64,000 bases of DNA from Basidiobolus meristosporus CBS 931.73 (GCA_002104905.1 MCFE01000036.1:124001-188000); one strand, 5' to 3'; shown: positions 12,497-25,105, counted from the first letter of the stretch. Notes: generated by a model not told the origin, from the sequence alone. Translations and numbers: made by a program.

Positions 12497-15400
12497 CCAT
12501 ATTTTCACCAAACTATCAGGAACCTGGGACATGAAATTAGAGAAGTTGTCAAAATAGCCCTAAACTTTGCACACATGCTCTTGGGACCTCTCTAAGCCTA
12601 TTCTATGTGCCAGCTATGCCAAGATCATGTAAAAGTATCAGTACTACTTTACACTCAATAAATCATCAAGTGAAAACCACATAATCTACTTGATCTCACA
12701 ATCACCTCCAATATATCCAGGACTCTTACAGTAGGTTTGGAGCCCCAAGCAGTCACTCTCTGCAATGTCTACTTCTGCTATTACTGGAATCTTTTCCTCT
12801 GCTGAAAAGCTGAATGCATTTAACTAACAAGTGTGGAAGGTGAAGAGGAAGAAGCTACTACAGCAAAGAGGCCTTTGGGATATTGTCATGAAAGAAGAAT
12901 GCCCTCCTAAAAACATGGGAGAGGAATCCTTAAAGTACCAGAAAAAAGAATAAAGTGCCTTTGGCAGCATTTGCTTTATGTCAATGACAAGTTGCTAATT
13001 CAATGCTCAAGAGCAAAAACAGCTAAGAATGACTGGAAGGTATTAGAAGACATTTGCCAGTCATGTTCAGCTGCCAAGAAAATGTAACTAAGATGAAAAT
13101 TCTTTACCATAAAGATGATGCCAGGAGAAGAAACAAGAAATCTTATTAACAGAATTACCCTGCTGATGGATGAGATGGAATCTGTAGACATACCTACTAC
13201 TGATGAAGATGCAGCAGAAGCCATCTTGAATAGCCTCACAGACAATCTTCAGGGCCTTGTATCTGCCTTAGAGTGCAGAACTGAAGATTTCACCTTGAAT
13301 TATAAATATGTAAGGCTCCAGGATGAAGAATTAAGAAAATCAAGTTCCAATAAGAAGGATGAAGAAAATGCTTTAATAAGCCATGATAACCAACAAAAAA
13401 GATACCCAAGATATTTTGAAGACAATGGCAACTTGTTTTGCAACTACTGCAAAAGGAAAGGAAACACATCAGACCAGTGCTTCAGCAAATGAGATAGTCA
13501 ACAGAAAAAGCCTGAATATGGAAATGCTGCAACAACTGAAGATAAAATATTCATATCTGTACTAATATGACCACTAACAAGGATTCTCAGACATGGTATA
13601 TTGACTCTGGAGCATCTCAGCACATTATGCAACAGAAGAACTTTTTTCCCAATATCAAGAAATTCCAATCAAGAAGGTTTTATGGGTGACAATTGAACAC
13701 TTGATGCAGTGGTAGAAGGAACTATCCAAGTAAACCTTAGAAGCAGTGAAGGAAGCCATACACTGACCTTTGAAGAAGTACTCTATGTACAAGAAATAGC
13801 CAAGAACCTACTATCTGTAAGCAAGGCCACAGCAGAAGGACTCAATTTCAGTTTTGACAATTCTGGGTGCAGGATCACTGATCAAAATGGTGCTCATATT
13901 GCTTTGGGTATCACGGATCAGAATCTGTATAAATTGACTTCTATTCCATCATATCTGTAAGCCAATATAAGTAACTTGAATGAAGAAACACCAATGCTTT
14001 GACACAGGAGATTTTGACACATCAATTTTGATTATATGCACTAACTGATCAAAGATCAGCTAGTTTCTGTAGTTAAAATTGATCCCCCAGCAAATTTGTA
14101 GCACTGTTAAGCCTGCATATATGGAAGCTAGCCAGACAACTGTTCAAGAGCTCTTGGTTAGTCAAAACTAAGAAGAAATTAGATCTAATTCACTCAGATC
14201 TGTGTGGACTGATGCAAATTTTCTCCTTGACCAGGATGAAGTTGTTGATCACTTTTACTGATGATTACACAATATACACATAGGGCTACTTCACAGATAG
14301 TAAGGAAGTATTTCTGTCTAAGCTCAGGGAGCTTAAAACCATGGTGGAGAGAGAAACTGGTGAAAAAATCAAGAAAATACACGCTGACAGTGGTAAAGAA
14401 TATAACTCAAAGCTCTTCATCCACTTCTGCCAAATTCATGAGTTAAGCTAGAGACTACTGTACCATACTCCCCACAGCATATGGATTAGCAGAATGTGCT
14501 AACAGATCAATAATTGATATGGCAAGATCTGTAATCCATGATCAGAAGTTATGCTATCAACTTTAGGCTGAATCAGTCACCACAGCTGTATACCTTAAGA
14601 ATTGGAGTTATTGCAGAATACCTCAAGGTTCTACTCCATTTGAATCATGGTATGGATACAGACCAAGTGCAGAACATTGGAGAATATTTGGGTGTACAGC
14701 ATATGCCAAGAAACCACCCAGAAATCAGTTGAAACTTGAGCTACAAGTGTAAAATGCATATTTTTGGGCTACTGCAATGAGAGTAAAGCATTCAGACTCT
14801 ACAATATCAAGTCAAAAAAGCTTATTAAGTCTAGGTATGTGTTGTTTGATGAAAATTAAAATTTCTCATAAATAATGACATCAGACTATTACAAAAATCT
14901 GATCTGAAGTCCATCAATTATCAGGATTGCATTAGAGCAAAGCAATGAAGACTTTTTCACTCCAGAAGACTCTGTAACCATGGTTCAGCCTGAAACAGTG
15001 TCCAGGAGTATCCCAGAAGTGCTCATTCCAGTATAACAAGCCAGGAGTTTCAACTGGACAAGAAATAGCTCAGATTACTATATCAATTAAGGTGCAAATG
15101 TAGTCTATGCCTTTTCAGTCCATATTGATGAGACCCAGACTGTAAAAGAGGCCCTATATAGCCCTCAGAGAAAGTTTTAGAGATCTGCAATGACTGAGGA
15201 ATATCAAGCACTGATGGGAAATCAAACTTGGGACTTGGTCAAATTTGCAATCAACAGAGAATCAATTGGATGCTGATGGATCTTTAAGAGAAAATACAAG
15301 GCTGATGGTACAATTGAAAGACACAAAGCAAGACTTGTGGCCAGGGAATACTCTCAAACAAAAGGACTTGACTACACTGAGACCTTTTCACTGGTAGCCA

Positions 15401-17056
15401 AGCTTAATTCTGTCATATTAATATTGGCTATTGCAGCCAAATAGAGGTTTTTTACACATCAAATGGATGCAAAAGCTGCATTCTTGAACAAAGAGCTGAT
15501 GAGGACATGTATTTGGACCTGCCTGATGGGCTTGTTGACCTAGACAACCCCCATTTGGTCTGCAAGCTTGAAAAATCTCTATATGGACTCAAACAATCAC
15601 CAAGAGCCTGGAACTGCAATGTAGACTCTTACTTGAAATCCTTGGGTTTCAAATGGAGTAATGCTGACTATAGTATATACTATGAGCCAGATAGAGCAAA
15701 TCCAGCTCTATTAGCTCTATATGTGGATGATCTTATTATAGCCACCAATAATCTTGAAACACTGGAAGAGACTATGTCCAGCCTATCAAGAAGTGCAAGA
15801 TGTCCAATCTAGGAGAAGTCAGTTACTACTTAGGGATAAAGCTCTCCATAGACAGAAGTACCCACACTATCAACCTAAGCCAATCCAAGTATATTCAGGA
15901 TACACTAAAGAAGTATCAAATGGAAGACTGTTAACCAGCAGATATTCCAATGGAGACAAACCTTAACTTAGTCAAAGCTCACCCAAATCAAGAGAACTTG
16001 GTGTTGTCTGAAAGCCCTGACTTTCTTTATCAGTCTATGGTTGGCAGTCAGATGTATATCATGCTTGGAACATGTCCAGATATCTCATATTCAGTTGGAG
16101 TTGTTATCCAGCATAATCTGAACTAAGGATCTGATCACATTGTAGCAGTCTGGCAGATTTTTAGATATCTAAAAGGAACTGTGGATATCTGCTTAAGGTA
16201 CACCTACAAGGAATTAGAGCAAGATCTTCTGAGATATTCTGATGTTGATTGGGGACAAAACTTAGAGGACAGAAGATTCACCTCAGGATACACCTTTCTT
16301 TACTGTAAAGGATTAATTTATGAAACTCAAGAAAGCAACCTGCTGTAGCACTTTCTACCACAGCAGCAAAGTATATGGCATTCTGTGAAGCTATAAAAGA
16401 AGCAATGCCATTAGAGATACTTTTTGAAGATTTAGGCTTATGTTGACAAGTGCCAATCACTTTATTTCAAGATAATCAAGGATGTAAACAATGAGATTGA
16501 AATCCAACTTTCATGCTAGAACTAAGCAGATAGATATTTGACACCATTTCATACATGAAGCTATGGAGAATAACTTGACTAACTTAACTTACTGTCCTAC
16601 AGATGAAATGACTGCAGACATATTCACCAAACAGTTAGTTAGAGACAAGTTTGAAGATCATGGGTCAAAATTAGGACTAGTCAGCATGAACATTTAGTTG
16701 AATGGGAGTGTTGTAAGAACTTGTAATTCCACCTAAATAGTCACCTTACTTAGTCACTTAGCTCATACCTTGCAACCCTAGAGAATACTGACCATACTCC
16801 TTGTTGGGATTTACTTAGAATAGTTTCACCAAACTATCAGGTACCTGGAACATGAACATTGGATAAGCTGCCAAAACAGCTCTAAACTTTGCTCACATGT
16901 TCTTGGGACCTTCCTAAACCTACTCTAAACATTTGTTATGCCAAGATCATGAAAAAGTATAAATACAATTTCTACATTGAATAAATCATTAAGTTGAAAC
17001 CACATAATCTACTTGTTCTCCCAATCACTGCTAATATCTCCAAGACTCTTACAACA
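12497..17056 (+). mobile_element. Ty1/copia retrotransposon copy A (5' LTR truncated, ~12497-12733; 3' LTR 16709-17056), non-functional
   Basis: Gag zinc knuckle FCNYCKRKG, protease WYIDSG, integrase LIHSDLCG, RT LYGLKQSPRAWN and LYVDDLII, RNase H; PR-INT-RT-RH order; purine tract GAATGGGAG before the 3' LTR; many stops. Confidence 0.95.
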
Positions 17057-17622
17057 ATAGCAAGAGTTGTTGGTTTTGTGAGACTTAGAATTTGGCTGAT
17101 TTTATGATGGTATTCTGCTGGCCTATTCTTAATTTTTCTCTTAGGGTTAGGTTTTATGCATGACTTAGGTGTAGGCAAATATTTACAACATATATTGCAC
17201 GTCACTTTTCCAATATTGGGTGAATATGCTGTAACAGCTCTGAAGATATTGGAAGTGATCAGGAGAACTAGCAACCATCTGGCTTTTCATTCAAGGCTTG
17301 ATAGAATGTATAAGTTGTTGTAAGAGTCTTTGGAGATATTGGAAGTGATTTGGGAGAGCAAGTAGATTATGTTGCTTTCACTTAATGATTTATTAAATGT
17401 AAAAGTAGTATTTAACTTTTACATGGTCTTGGTATAAAGACACCTAGATTGGGTTAAGGAAGGTCCCAAGAGCATTTGTGCAAAGCTTGGGGCTGTTTGG
17501 ACAATTTTGAGAGTTTTCATGCTCTGAGTACCTGATATTTTGGTGAAAATATTCTAAGTAAATCCCAACAAGGAATTTGGTCAGTATTCTCTAGGATTTG
17601 AAGGTAATGATCTAACTAACTA

Positions 17623-18354
17623 GACTTGTTCCGTTGGATAATGCCACATTGAGCCATGAGTGCCAAATAGTGCCATAGTATGCCTGAGAGTCATAGCAGA
17701 CCTAAATGTGGCCACAGAGTGTGACATATAGTTATGCATGTTCATGCAAAGCAGCCCTTATGTTTCACCTACGGTGCAGGAGAAAATCAATTTTTTAACC
17801 TTCTTTTTGGGATCAAAATTGCGCATGACATAAAAGAGCACAGACAGACTGAAGATATGCATCTGGTACATAATACCCATGGCACTCTAAATCTAGCCCC
17901 ACAGGCTTGTAGCATGTCACAAAAATGCATGGCACTATCTTGGTCCACTGGTACTATCTGGCACTATAAGTGCTTTGTATAGGTTCTACTTTAGGGCTAA
18001 TATTTAAATATAGTGCCAGATAGTACCAGTGGACCAAGATAGTGCCATGCATTTTTGTGACATGCTACAAGCCTGTGGGGCTAGATTTAGAGTGCCATGG
18101 GTATTATGTACCAGATGCATATCTTCAGTCTGTCTGTGCTCTTTTACATCATGCACAGTTTTGATCCCAAAAAAAAGGTTAAAGAATTGATTTTCTCCCG
18201 CACCGTAGGTGAAACACAGGGGCTGCTTTGCATGAACATGCATAACTATATGTCACACTCTGTGGCCAAGTTTAGGTCTGCTATGACTCTCAGGCACACT
18301 ATGGCACTATTTGGCACTCATGGCTCAATGTGGCACTATCCAACGGAACAAGTC
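17623..18354. mobile_element. Foldback / long-TIR non-autonomous DNA element (346-bp inverted arms, 40-bp spacer) inserted in the 3' LTR of copia B
   Basis: Arm 17623-17968 is the near-perfect reverse complement of 18009-18354; TA dinucleotide on both sides; repeated GGCACT/AGTGCC motifs; LTR sequence resumes on both sides. Confidence 0.9.
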
Positions 18355-18735
18355 TAATAAGTTAGGTGAATATTTAGGTGGAATTACAAACTCTTACAAC
18401 ACTCCCACTCAGCAATATACTAATACTAACTAGTCCTAATTTTGGCCTAAGATATCCAAATTGTCTGTAGCTAATGGGTTGGTAAATATGTCTGCAATCA
18501 TCTCATCTGAAGGATATTAAAATAAGCTAACTAAGCTATTCTTTATTGATTCATGTTTGGAATGATGTCTAATATCTATGTGCTTAGTTCTAGCATGAAA
18601 AGTTGGATCTCTACCCAATTGTATACATCCTTGATTATCTTGAAATAAAGTAATAGGAGTTTTTTGAAATAGGCCTAAATCTGTAGAAAGCTTTCTTAAC
18701 CACATTGCTTCTTTAGTAGCTTCACAGGCTGCCGT

Positions 18736-19806
18736 TGTGGTGGTGTATAGGTCCAAGGGAGAGATACGTCCAACACTTCTCAAGTGTTTTGTGTGTGGGG
18801 TGTTCACTGGGTGCGATAACCACTGGCAAAAGCTTGCTAGGAATACTTGGGTTCTGTTTCTAATCTAATGTGAAGGGGAATAAAGCCACAAGCTTGTCAA
18901 GGGAAAACTATTGAGCTACAATCCCCAACTTAGTTGGCGTCTTGACAAAAGTATGTGCTGGGTTCAGCGTCCTTTGAGATGACAATGTACTAAAGCTTCC
19001 AAAGTCAAAACAACTGTAAACTCCACCAGCAGGGACTTGATAAGAATGCAGCTGTGGTCAATAGTTACAAAGACAGAAAAGTATCTTTGCCTGTACAAGA
19101 ACAAACTTGGGAAAGAATCAAATATAATAAAAGATACCTACTCTGAGTATTCCTCACAAGTAGTGCCTCCAAGGTCAGTTGGCTGTCAGCGCGGATTCCT
19201 GGGAGTGTCCTGTGGTCTAGGGTTGGAAGTTCAGGTAGCAGCAGGTAGCAGTGATCACACCAATCAACAAGTCGGTATATTGATAAAAGGGATGATGATT
19301 TATTGTTGAGGGATAGCCTCCCTTATATGCTTTTCTCACTGGCGAAGTGATTACTAATCATGGTGTTCCAGAAGGTTCCGGAGATCAATAGAAATCTTAA
19401 TGACATCAGAATGACCTAAGAATGTTCTAAGTAGGTGCTGGAAGGTTCTAAGAGGCACAGCACATCCAACCAATCAGGAATCAGTATTCTGAAACCTGTG
19501 TAACATGGGAATACCATATATGGTATGGAAATGATAGGGATGGTGACATGGGCTGATCATGTGTCACGGGTACTGGCGCAGGTACTTGCCTAATATAGAA
19601 GTACTTATAGCTAGTAATCTTACATAAAGTGAGGGGCAACTTATGCAATAAGGTAAGCAGGTGTGATAGTCAACCGGCTTATGGGATAGTACTGATTGGG
19701 TAAGACAAATGGGATAAAACTAAAATAAGTGTAGTAGTGATATAGGGAAGTAGAAAATAAGGGAATGAGCACATCTGTCAGTGGGTGTCACTGTCACCCC
19801 ACTACA
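18736..19806. mobile_element. Solo LTR-like element, copy 2, inserted in the RNase H coding region of copia B
   Basis: Termini TGTGG...CTACA; exact 4-bp TSD CCGT (18732-18735 and 19807-19810); removing it restores the frame ...ATEAEY-TAACEATKEAMW. Confidence 0.92.
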
Positions 19807-22800
19807 CCGTATACTCTGCCTCTGTGGCAGAAAGTGCTACAGTTGGTTGCTTTCTTGAGTTTCATGAAATTGCTCCTTTACAGTAAAGAAAGGTGTATTT
19901 TGTGGTGGATCTTGTGTCTTCCAAGTTTTGTCCCCAATCAGCATAAGAGTATCCCACAAGATCCTGTTCTGAATCCTTATAAGTATATCTTAAGCAGATA
20001 TCAGCAGTTCCTTTTAGATGTCTAAAATCCACTTAACTGCTGCAACTTGATCAGATCCATAGTTCTGATTATGTTGGCTGACAGCTCCCACTGAATATGA
20101 GATACCTGGACATGTTCCAAGCATGATATACATCAGACTGCCAACAATAGATTGATAAGGAGAGTCAGGGCTCTCAGATGGCACCAAGCTCTCTTGATTT
20201 TGTTGAGTTTTGACCAAGTTAAGGTTAGTCTCCATTGGGGTGGCTGCTGGTTTACAGTCTTCCATTTGATACTTCTTTAGTATATCTCAAATATACCAGG
20301 GTTGGCTTAGGGTGATAGTCTGGGTACTTCTGTCTACGGAGAACTTAATCCCTAAGTAGTAACTGAGTTCTCCTTGATTGGACATCTTGAACTTCTTAGA
20401 TAGGCTGAATATGATCACTTCCAGTGTTGGTAGATTATTGGCAGCTATAATAAGAGCATCCACATATAGGGCTAATAGAGCTGGATTTGCTCTATCTGGC
20501 TTATAGTATATACTGCAGTCAGCATTACTCCTTTTGAAACTCAAAGATTCCAAATAAGAATCTATCTTGCAATTCCAGGCTCATGGTGATTATTTGAGAC
20601 CTTATAGTGACTTTTTAAGCTTGCAGACCAAACGGGGGTTATCTTGATCAGCAAACCCATCAGGCTGGTCCATATACATGACCTCATCATGTTCTCCATT
20701 CAAAGATGCAGTTTTTACATCCATTTGATGTATGAAAAACCTGTATTTGGCTGCAATAGCCAATATTAGTCTTATGGAATTAAACCTGGCTACCAGTGCA
20801 AAGGTCTCAGTATAGTCAAGTCCTTTTGTTTGAAAGTATCCTTTGGCTACAAGTCTTGCTTTGTATCTTTCAATTGTACCATCAGCCTTGTATTTTGTTG
20901 TGAAGACCCATCTGCATCCAATTGATTTTGGTTGATTGGCAATTTGACTAAGTCCCAAATTTGATTTTCCATTGGGGCCTGATATTCCTCAGTCATTGCA
21001 GATCTCCAAAACTTTGTCTGAGGGCTATTTAGGGCCTCTTTTACAGTCTGGGGCTCATCAATATGAACTTAATAGGCATAGGCTAAGTTTGTACCCTCAT
21101 TGGCTATTTCTTGTCTGATTAGATCTCCAGGCATTTGATACTGGAATGATCACTTCTGGGATATTCCTGGGCACTGTTTCAGGCTGGACCGTGGTTGTAG
21201 AGCTCTCTGGAGTGAAAATTCTCATTGTTTTGCTCTGATTCAATCCTGACAATTGGTGGACTTGAGCTCAAATTTTTGTCATCATCTGATGTCATTTTTT
21301 GTTAAAATCTTGAATTTTGATCAAACAACACATCCCTGGACTTGTCAGCTTCTTTTCTTTGGTAATGTAGAGTCTGTGTGCCTTACTCTCAATGCAGTAG
21401 CCCAAAAATATGCATTTTACACTTTTTGGCTCAAATTTTGACCAATTTCCAGGCAGTTTCTTGGCATATAATGTATTCACCAATATTCTTAGATGCTTTG
21501 CACTTAGTCTGTACCTATGCCATGCTTCAAATGGAGTAGAATCATTAAGTATTCCTTTATAACTCCTATTTTTAAGGTATACAGCAGTGGCAACTAATTC
21601 TGCCCAACAATTATAAGATAATTTTTGATCATGGATCATAGATCTTGCTGTATCAATTATTGATCTGTTAGCATGTTCTGCTACTCCATTTTGCTGTGGG
21701 GAGTATGGTACAGTAGTCTCTTGCTTTATCCCATGAATTTTGCAGAAGTGGATGAAGAGTTTTGAGGTATATTTTCCACCATTGTCAAAGTGTATTTTCT
21801 TGATTTATTCACCAGTTTCTCTCTCCATCATGGCTTTAAACTCCCTGAGCTTAGACAGAGATTCTTTCTTTCTCTCCATGGAGTAGACCCACATATATCT
21901 TGCATAATCATCAATAAAAGTGATTCAATACTTCATCCCACCTAAGGATAAGTTTTGCATAGGTCCACACAGATCTGAGTGAATTAGATCTAATTTTTTC
22001 TTGGTTTTGATTAACGCAGAGCTCTTGAACAGTTTTTGGGCTTGTTTCCCATATATGCAGGCTTCACAGTGCTCCAAATTAGCTGGCAGATCAATTTTTA
22101 TTCCAGAAATTAGCTGATCTTTGATCATTTTGCACATATAATCAAAATGATGTGTCCAAATCTCCTGTGCCAAAGCATTGGTGTTTCTTCATTTAAATTA
22201 CTTATATTGGCTTCCAGATATGATGGAATATAAGTTAACTTGTATAGATTTTGGTCTCTGATACCTGAAACAATATGGGCACCATTTTGATCAGTGATCC
22301 TGCATCCAGATTTGTCAAAGCTGAAACTGAGTCCTTCTGCTGTGGCCTTACTTACAGATAGTAGGTTCTTGGCTATTTATAGTACATAGAGTACTTCTTT
22401 GAAGGTCAATGTATGGCTTCCTTCACTGCTGCTAAGGTTTACTTGGATAGTTTCTTCTCCCACTGCATCAAGTGTTCTATTGTCATCCATGAAAACCTTC
22501 TTAATTGGAATTTCTTGAAATTGGGTAAAAAGTTCTTTTTGGTGTGTAAAGTGTTGACATGCTCCAGAGGCAATATACCACATCTGAGAATCCTTTTTTG
22601 GGGTAATACTTCATGTAGATAGGAATAGTCTATCTTCAGTTGTTGCAGCATTTCCATATTCAGGCTTCTTTTGCTGATTATCTCTCTTTTTGAGACACTG
22701 GTCTGATGTGTGTCCTTTCCTTTTCAGTAGTTGCAAAACAAGTTGCTGTGGCCTTTGTATGGTCTTGGGTACCTCATTTGTTGGTTATCATTGCTTATTA

Positions 22801-23428
22801 AAGCATTTTTCTCTTCCTTGTTATTGGCACTGGATTTTCTCAATTCTTCATCCAGGAGCCTTCCATATACGTAATTTAAGGTCAAATCTTCAGTTCTGGA
22901 CTCTAGGGCTGATACAAGGCCCTGAAACTTTTCTGTCAGGCTATCCAGGATGGTAACTATCACATCCTCATCAGTAGTTGGTATGCCCACAGATTCCATC
23001 TCATCCACCAGCATGGTAATTCTGTTAATTAGATTTTTTTGTTTCTTCTCCTGGCAGCATCTTTGTGGTAAAGAATTTTGTCTCAGATACACTTTCTTAG
23101 CAGCTGAACATGACTGGTAGGTGTCTTCTAATGCCTTCCAGGAATTCTTTGCTGTTTTTGCTCTTGAGCATTGATTTAGCATTTTGTCTTTAACATTAAA
23201 GCAAATGCAGTTAAAGGCACTTTGTTCTTTCTTCTGGTACTTCAAGGCTTCCTCTCCCACTTCTTTAGGATGGCATTCTTCTCCCATGGCAATATCCCAA
23301 AGGCATCTTTCTTGAGCAGCATCTTCATCTTCACCTGCCACACTTGGTAGTTGGATCCATCCAACTTTTTGGCAGAGGGAAAAATTCCTGTAATAGCAGT
23401 AGTAGACATTGCAGAGAGTGAGAGCTTG

Positions 23429-23440
23429 GGGCTCATAACC
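23429..23440 (-). promoter_or_regulatory. Primer-binding site of copia B, GGTTATGAGCCC
   Basis: Immediately follows the 5' LTR; complementary to the initiator-Met tRNA anticodon arm (GGGCUCAUAACC). Copy A has a degenerate version, GGTTTGGAGCCCC, at 12734-12746. Confidence 0.8.
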
Positions 23441-24349
23441 TGTTGTAAGAGTCTTGGAGATATTGGAAGTGACTTGGGAGAACAAGTAGATTGTGTGGCT
23501 TTCACTTAATGATTTATTGAATGTAAAAGTAGTATTTATACTTTTACATGGTCTTGGCATAAAAGACACCCAGACTAGATTAAGGAAGGTCCCAAGAGCA
23601 TGTGTGCATAGCTTGGGGCTGCTTGGACAACTTATCTAATTTTCATGTTCTGGGTAAATATTCCAAGTAAATCTCAACAAGGAATTTGGTCAGTATTCTC
23701 TAGGATTTGAAGGTAATGATCTAAGTGACTAAGCTAGGTGAATATTTAGGTGGAATTACAAATTCTTACAACAATAGTCGTACTTCTACTTTTAAATGGT
23801 CCTGACAAAACAAACACATTGAATGTGTTTGGGAAGGTCCCAAGAACATTAGATTTGGAGGCAACAATCCAAATGACTAGGTTAATGTTAGACCATGTCA
23901 GCTGGATTCTCCATCCCCCCTGCCAATTGCAATGATTGTCTTATAGATGAGAGGTACAAATCATGCTTGATGTTGGTATCTGACACTCAAGTTACCCAAA
24001 TATTTACATATGTACGTATCTACTACGTGACCGCCATGGCCTTCAATTGTTAGTGTCATTTGTATCCAATTGGCCCCCTACAATAGGGATCTTGATGGCC
24101 CAGGCGGAACATGATCTGACGTGATAGCCAACCCATATTTAGTTAGCCGCTTGAAATTCATCGCTTTCGTTTGGAATGGTACAAGTATATAGGATGAGAG
24201 CTGCCAGCCGAAAGCTACTATTCTTATGCAGCACTTGCGGTGCATGTGAATGGGTGCATCCTTCGCTTAGCAGAAGATGTATGCCATGAGCAGTAGCGAA
24301 TCCTTAATCTCAAGGTAACCGCTGCTGACGCTCAGGTACTTGCCAATGC

Positions 24350-25105
24350 TTAGCGTGTGGTATACCCACCATTGGCAAAGGTGGTCTGGCCAGTAATCCA
24401 CCACCCCTCCGTAGCAAGGAACTTGATGAGCGGAGCAATGTCTTCGATCTTGGTCAACTCCCCGCTCATGCCATTAGCCTTGTGATAGGCAACTGCATCA
24501 GCACCCTCCATGGGATAGAAGAATGGCGTGTCCATAGGCCCCGGGGCAACATTGGTGACGGAGATTCCTCGACTACCAAACTCCTTGGCTGCAGCACGAG
24601 TGAAGTGCTCCACAGGTGCCTTGGCTCCAGCATAGGTGGAGTAGAGTCCAGTGAATGCGGCAAGGAGAGCTGTCACCACCGTGTTGATCTTGCCGCCTTG
24701 ATTCAGTCGCTTCCCTGCCTCCTGAATGAAGAAGTAGGCGGACTTCGAGTTCACGGCAAACATCTCATCGTACTGCTCCTCACTGGTGTCCACAATGGGC
24801 TTTTTGAGCACTTTGCCAACCGTGTTGATGGTGATATCCACGCCACCATACTTCTCGACGGCTGTATCGAATAGACGGGTCACTTCCGAGACCTTGGTTA
24901 GATCGCCTTGGAAGCCGATGGCATCTCCTCCACTGTTCTTGATCGCTTCAATGGTCTTCTCGGCATCTTGCTGGGCACTCTGACTGTGGTAGTGGACAAC
25001 CACCTTCGCCCCCTGCGCCCCGAAATCTCTGCTGACCAGGCCACCTAGATTTTTAGCACCTCCAGTTACAACGATCACCTTGTTCCTGAGCGAGGAGCGA
25101 GACAT
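24350..25105 (-). CDS. Classical short-chain dehydrogenase/reductase, intronless, 251 aa
   Basis: TGGAKNLG nucleotide-binding loop, YAGAK (YxxxK) catalytic motif, NVAPGPMDT, C-terminus WITGQTTFANGGYTTR; likely start MSRSSLRNKV at 25105. Confidence 0.93.
   Translation of the reverse strand: MSRSSLRNKVIVVTGGAKNLGGLVSRDFGAQGAKVVVHYHSQSAQQDAEKTIEAIKNSGGDAIGFQGDLTKVSEVTRLFDTAVEKYGGVDITINTVGKVLKKPIVDTSEEQYDEMFAVNSKSAYFFIQEAGKRLNQGGKINTVVTALLAAFTGLYSTYAGAKAPVEHFTRAAAKEFGSRGISVTNVAPGPMDTPFFYPMEGADAVAYHKANGMSGELTKIEDIAPLIKFLATEGWWITGQTTFANGGYTTR

Larger units (their letters stand above)
17316..23773 (-). mobile_element. Ty1/copia retrotransposon copy B (5' LTR 23441-23773; 3' LTR 17316-18401 interrupted), non-functional
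   Basis: Same family as copy A on the minus strand: [64 protein letters not shown]; both LTRs have TGTTGTAAG...CTTACAACA ends; polypurine tract TGAGTGGGAG. Confidence 0.95.

Noticed and set aside
17141-17151. TTAGGGTTAGG telomere-like sequence
   Set aside because: Under two units; expected by chance in AT-rich DNA.
17311-23778. Target-site duplication for copia B
   Set aside because: Flanks TAAGT and ATAGT differ at two positions and the LTRs are visibly diverged, so a single clean insertion cannot be claimed.
1-23800. Dozens of 60-130 aa ORFs in the transposon block as possible novel genes
   Set aside because: They are frameshifted TE fragments, antisense frames or LTR/foldback read-throughs (e.g. 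twin ORFs 17734-17982 and 18004-18243 are just the two arms).
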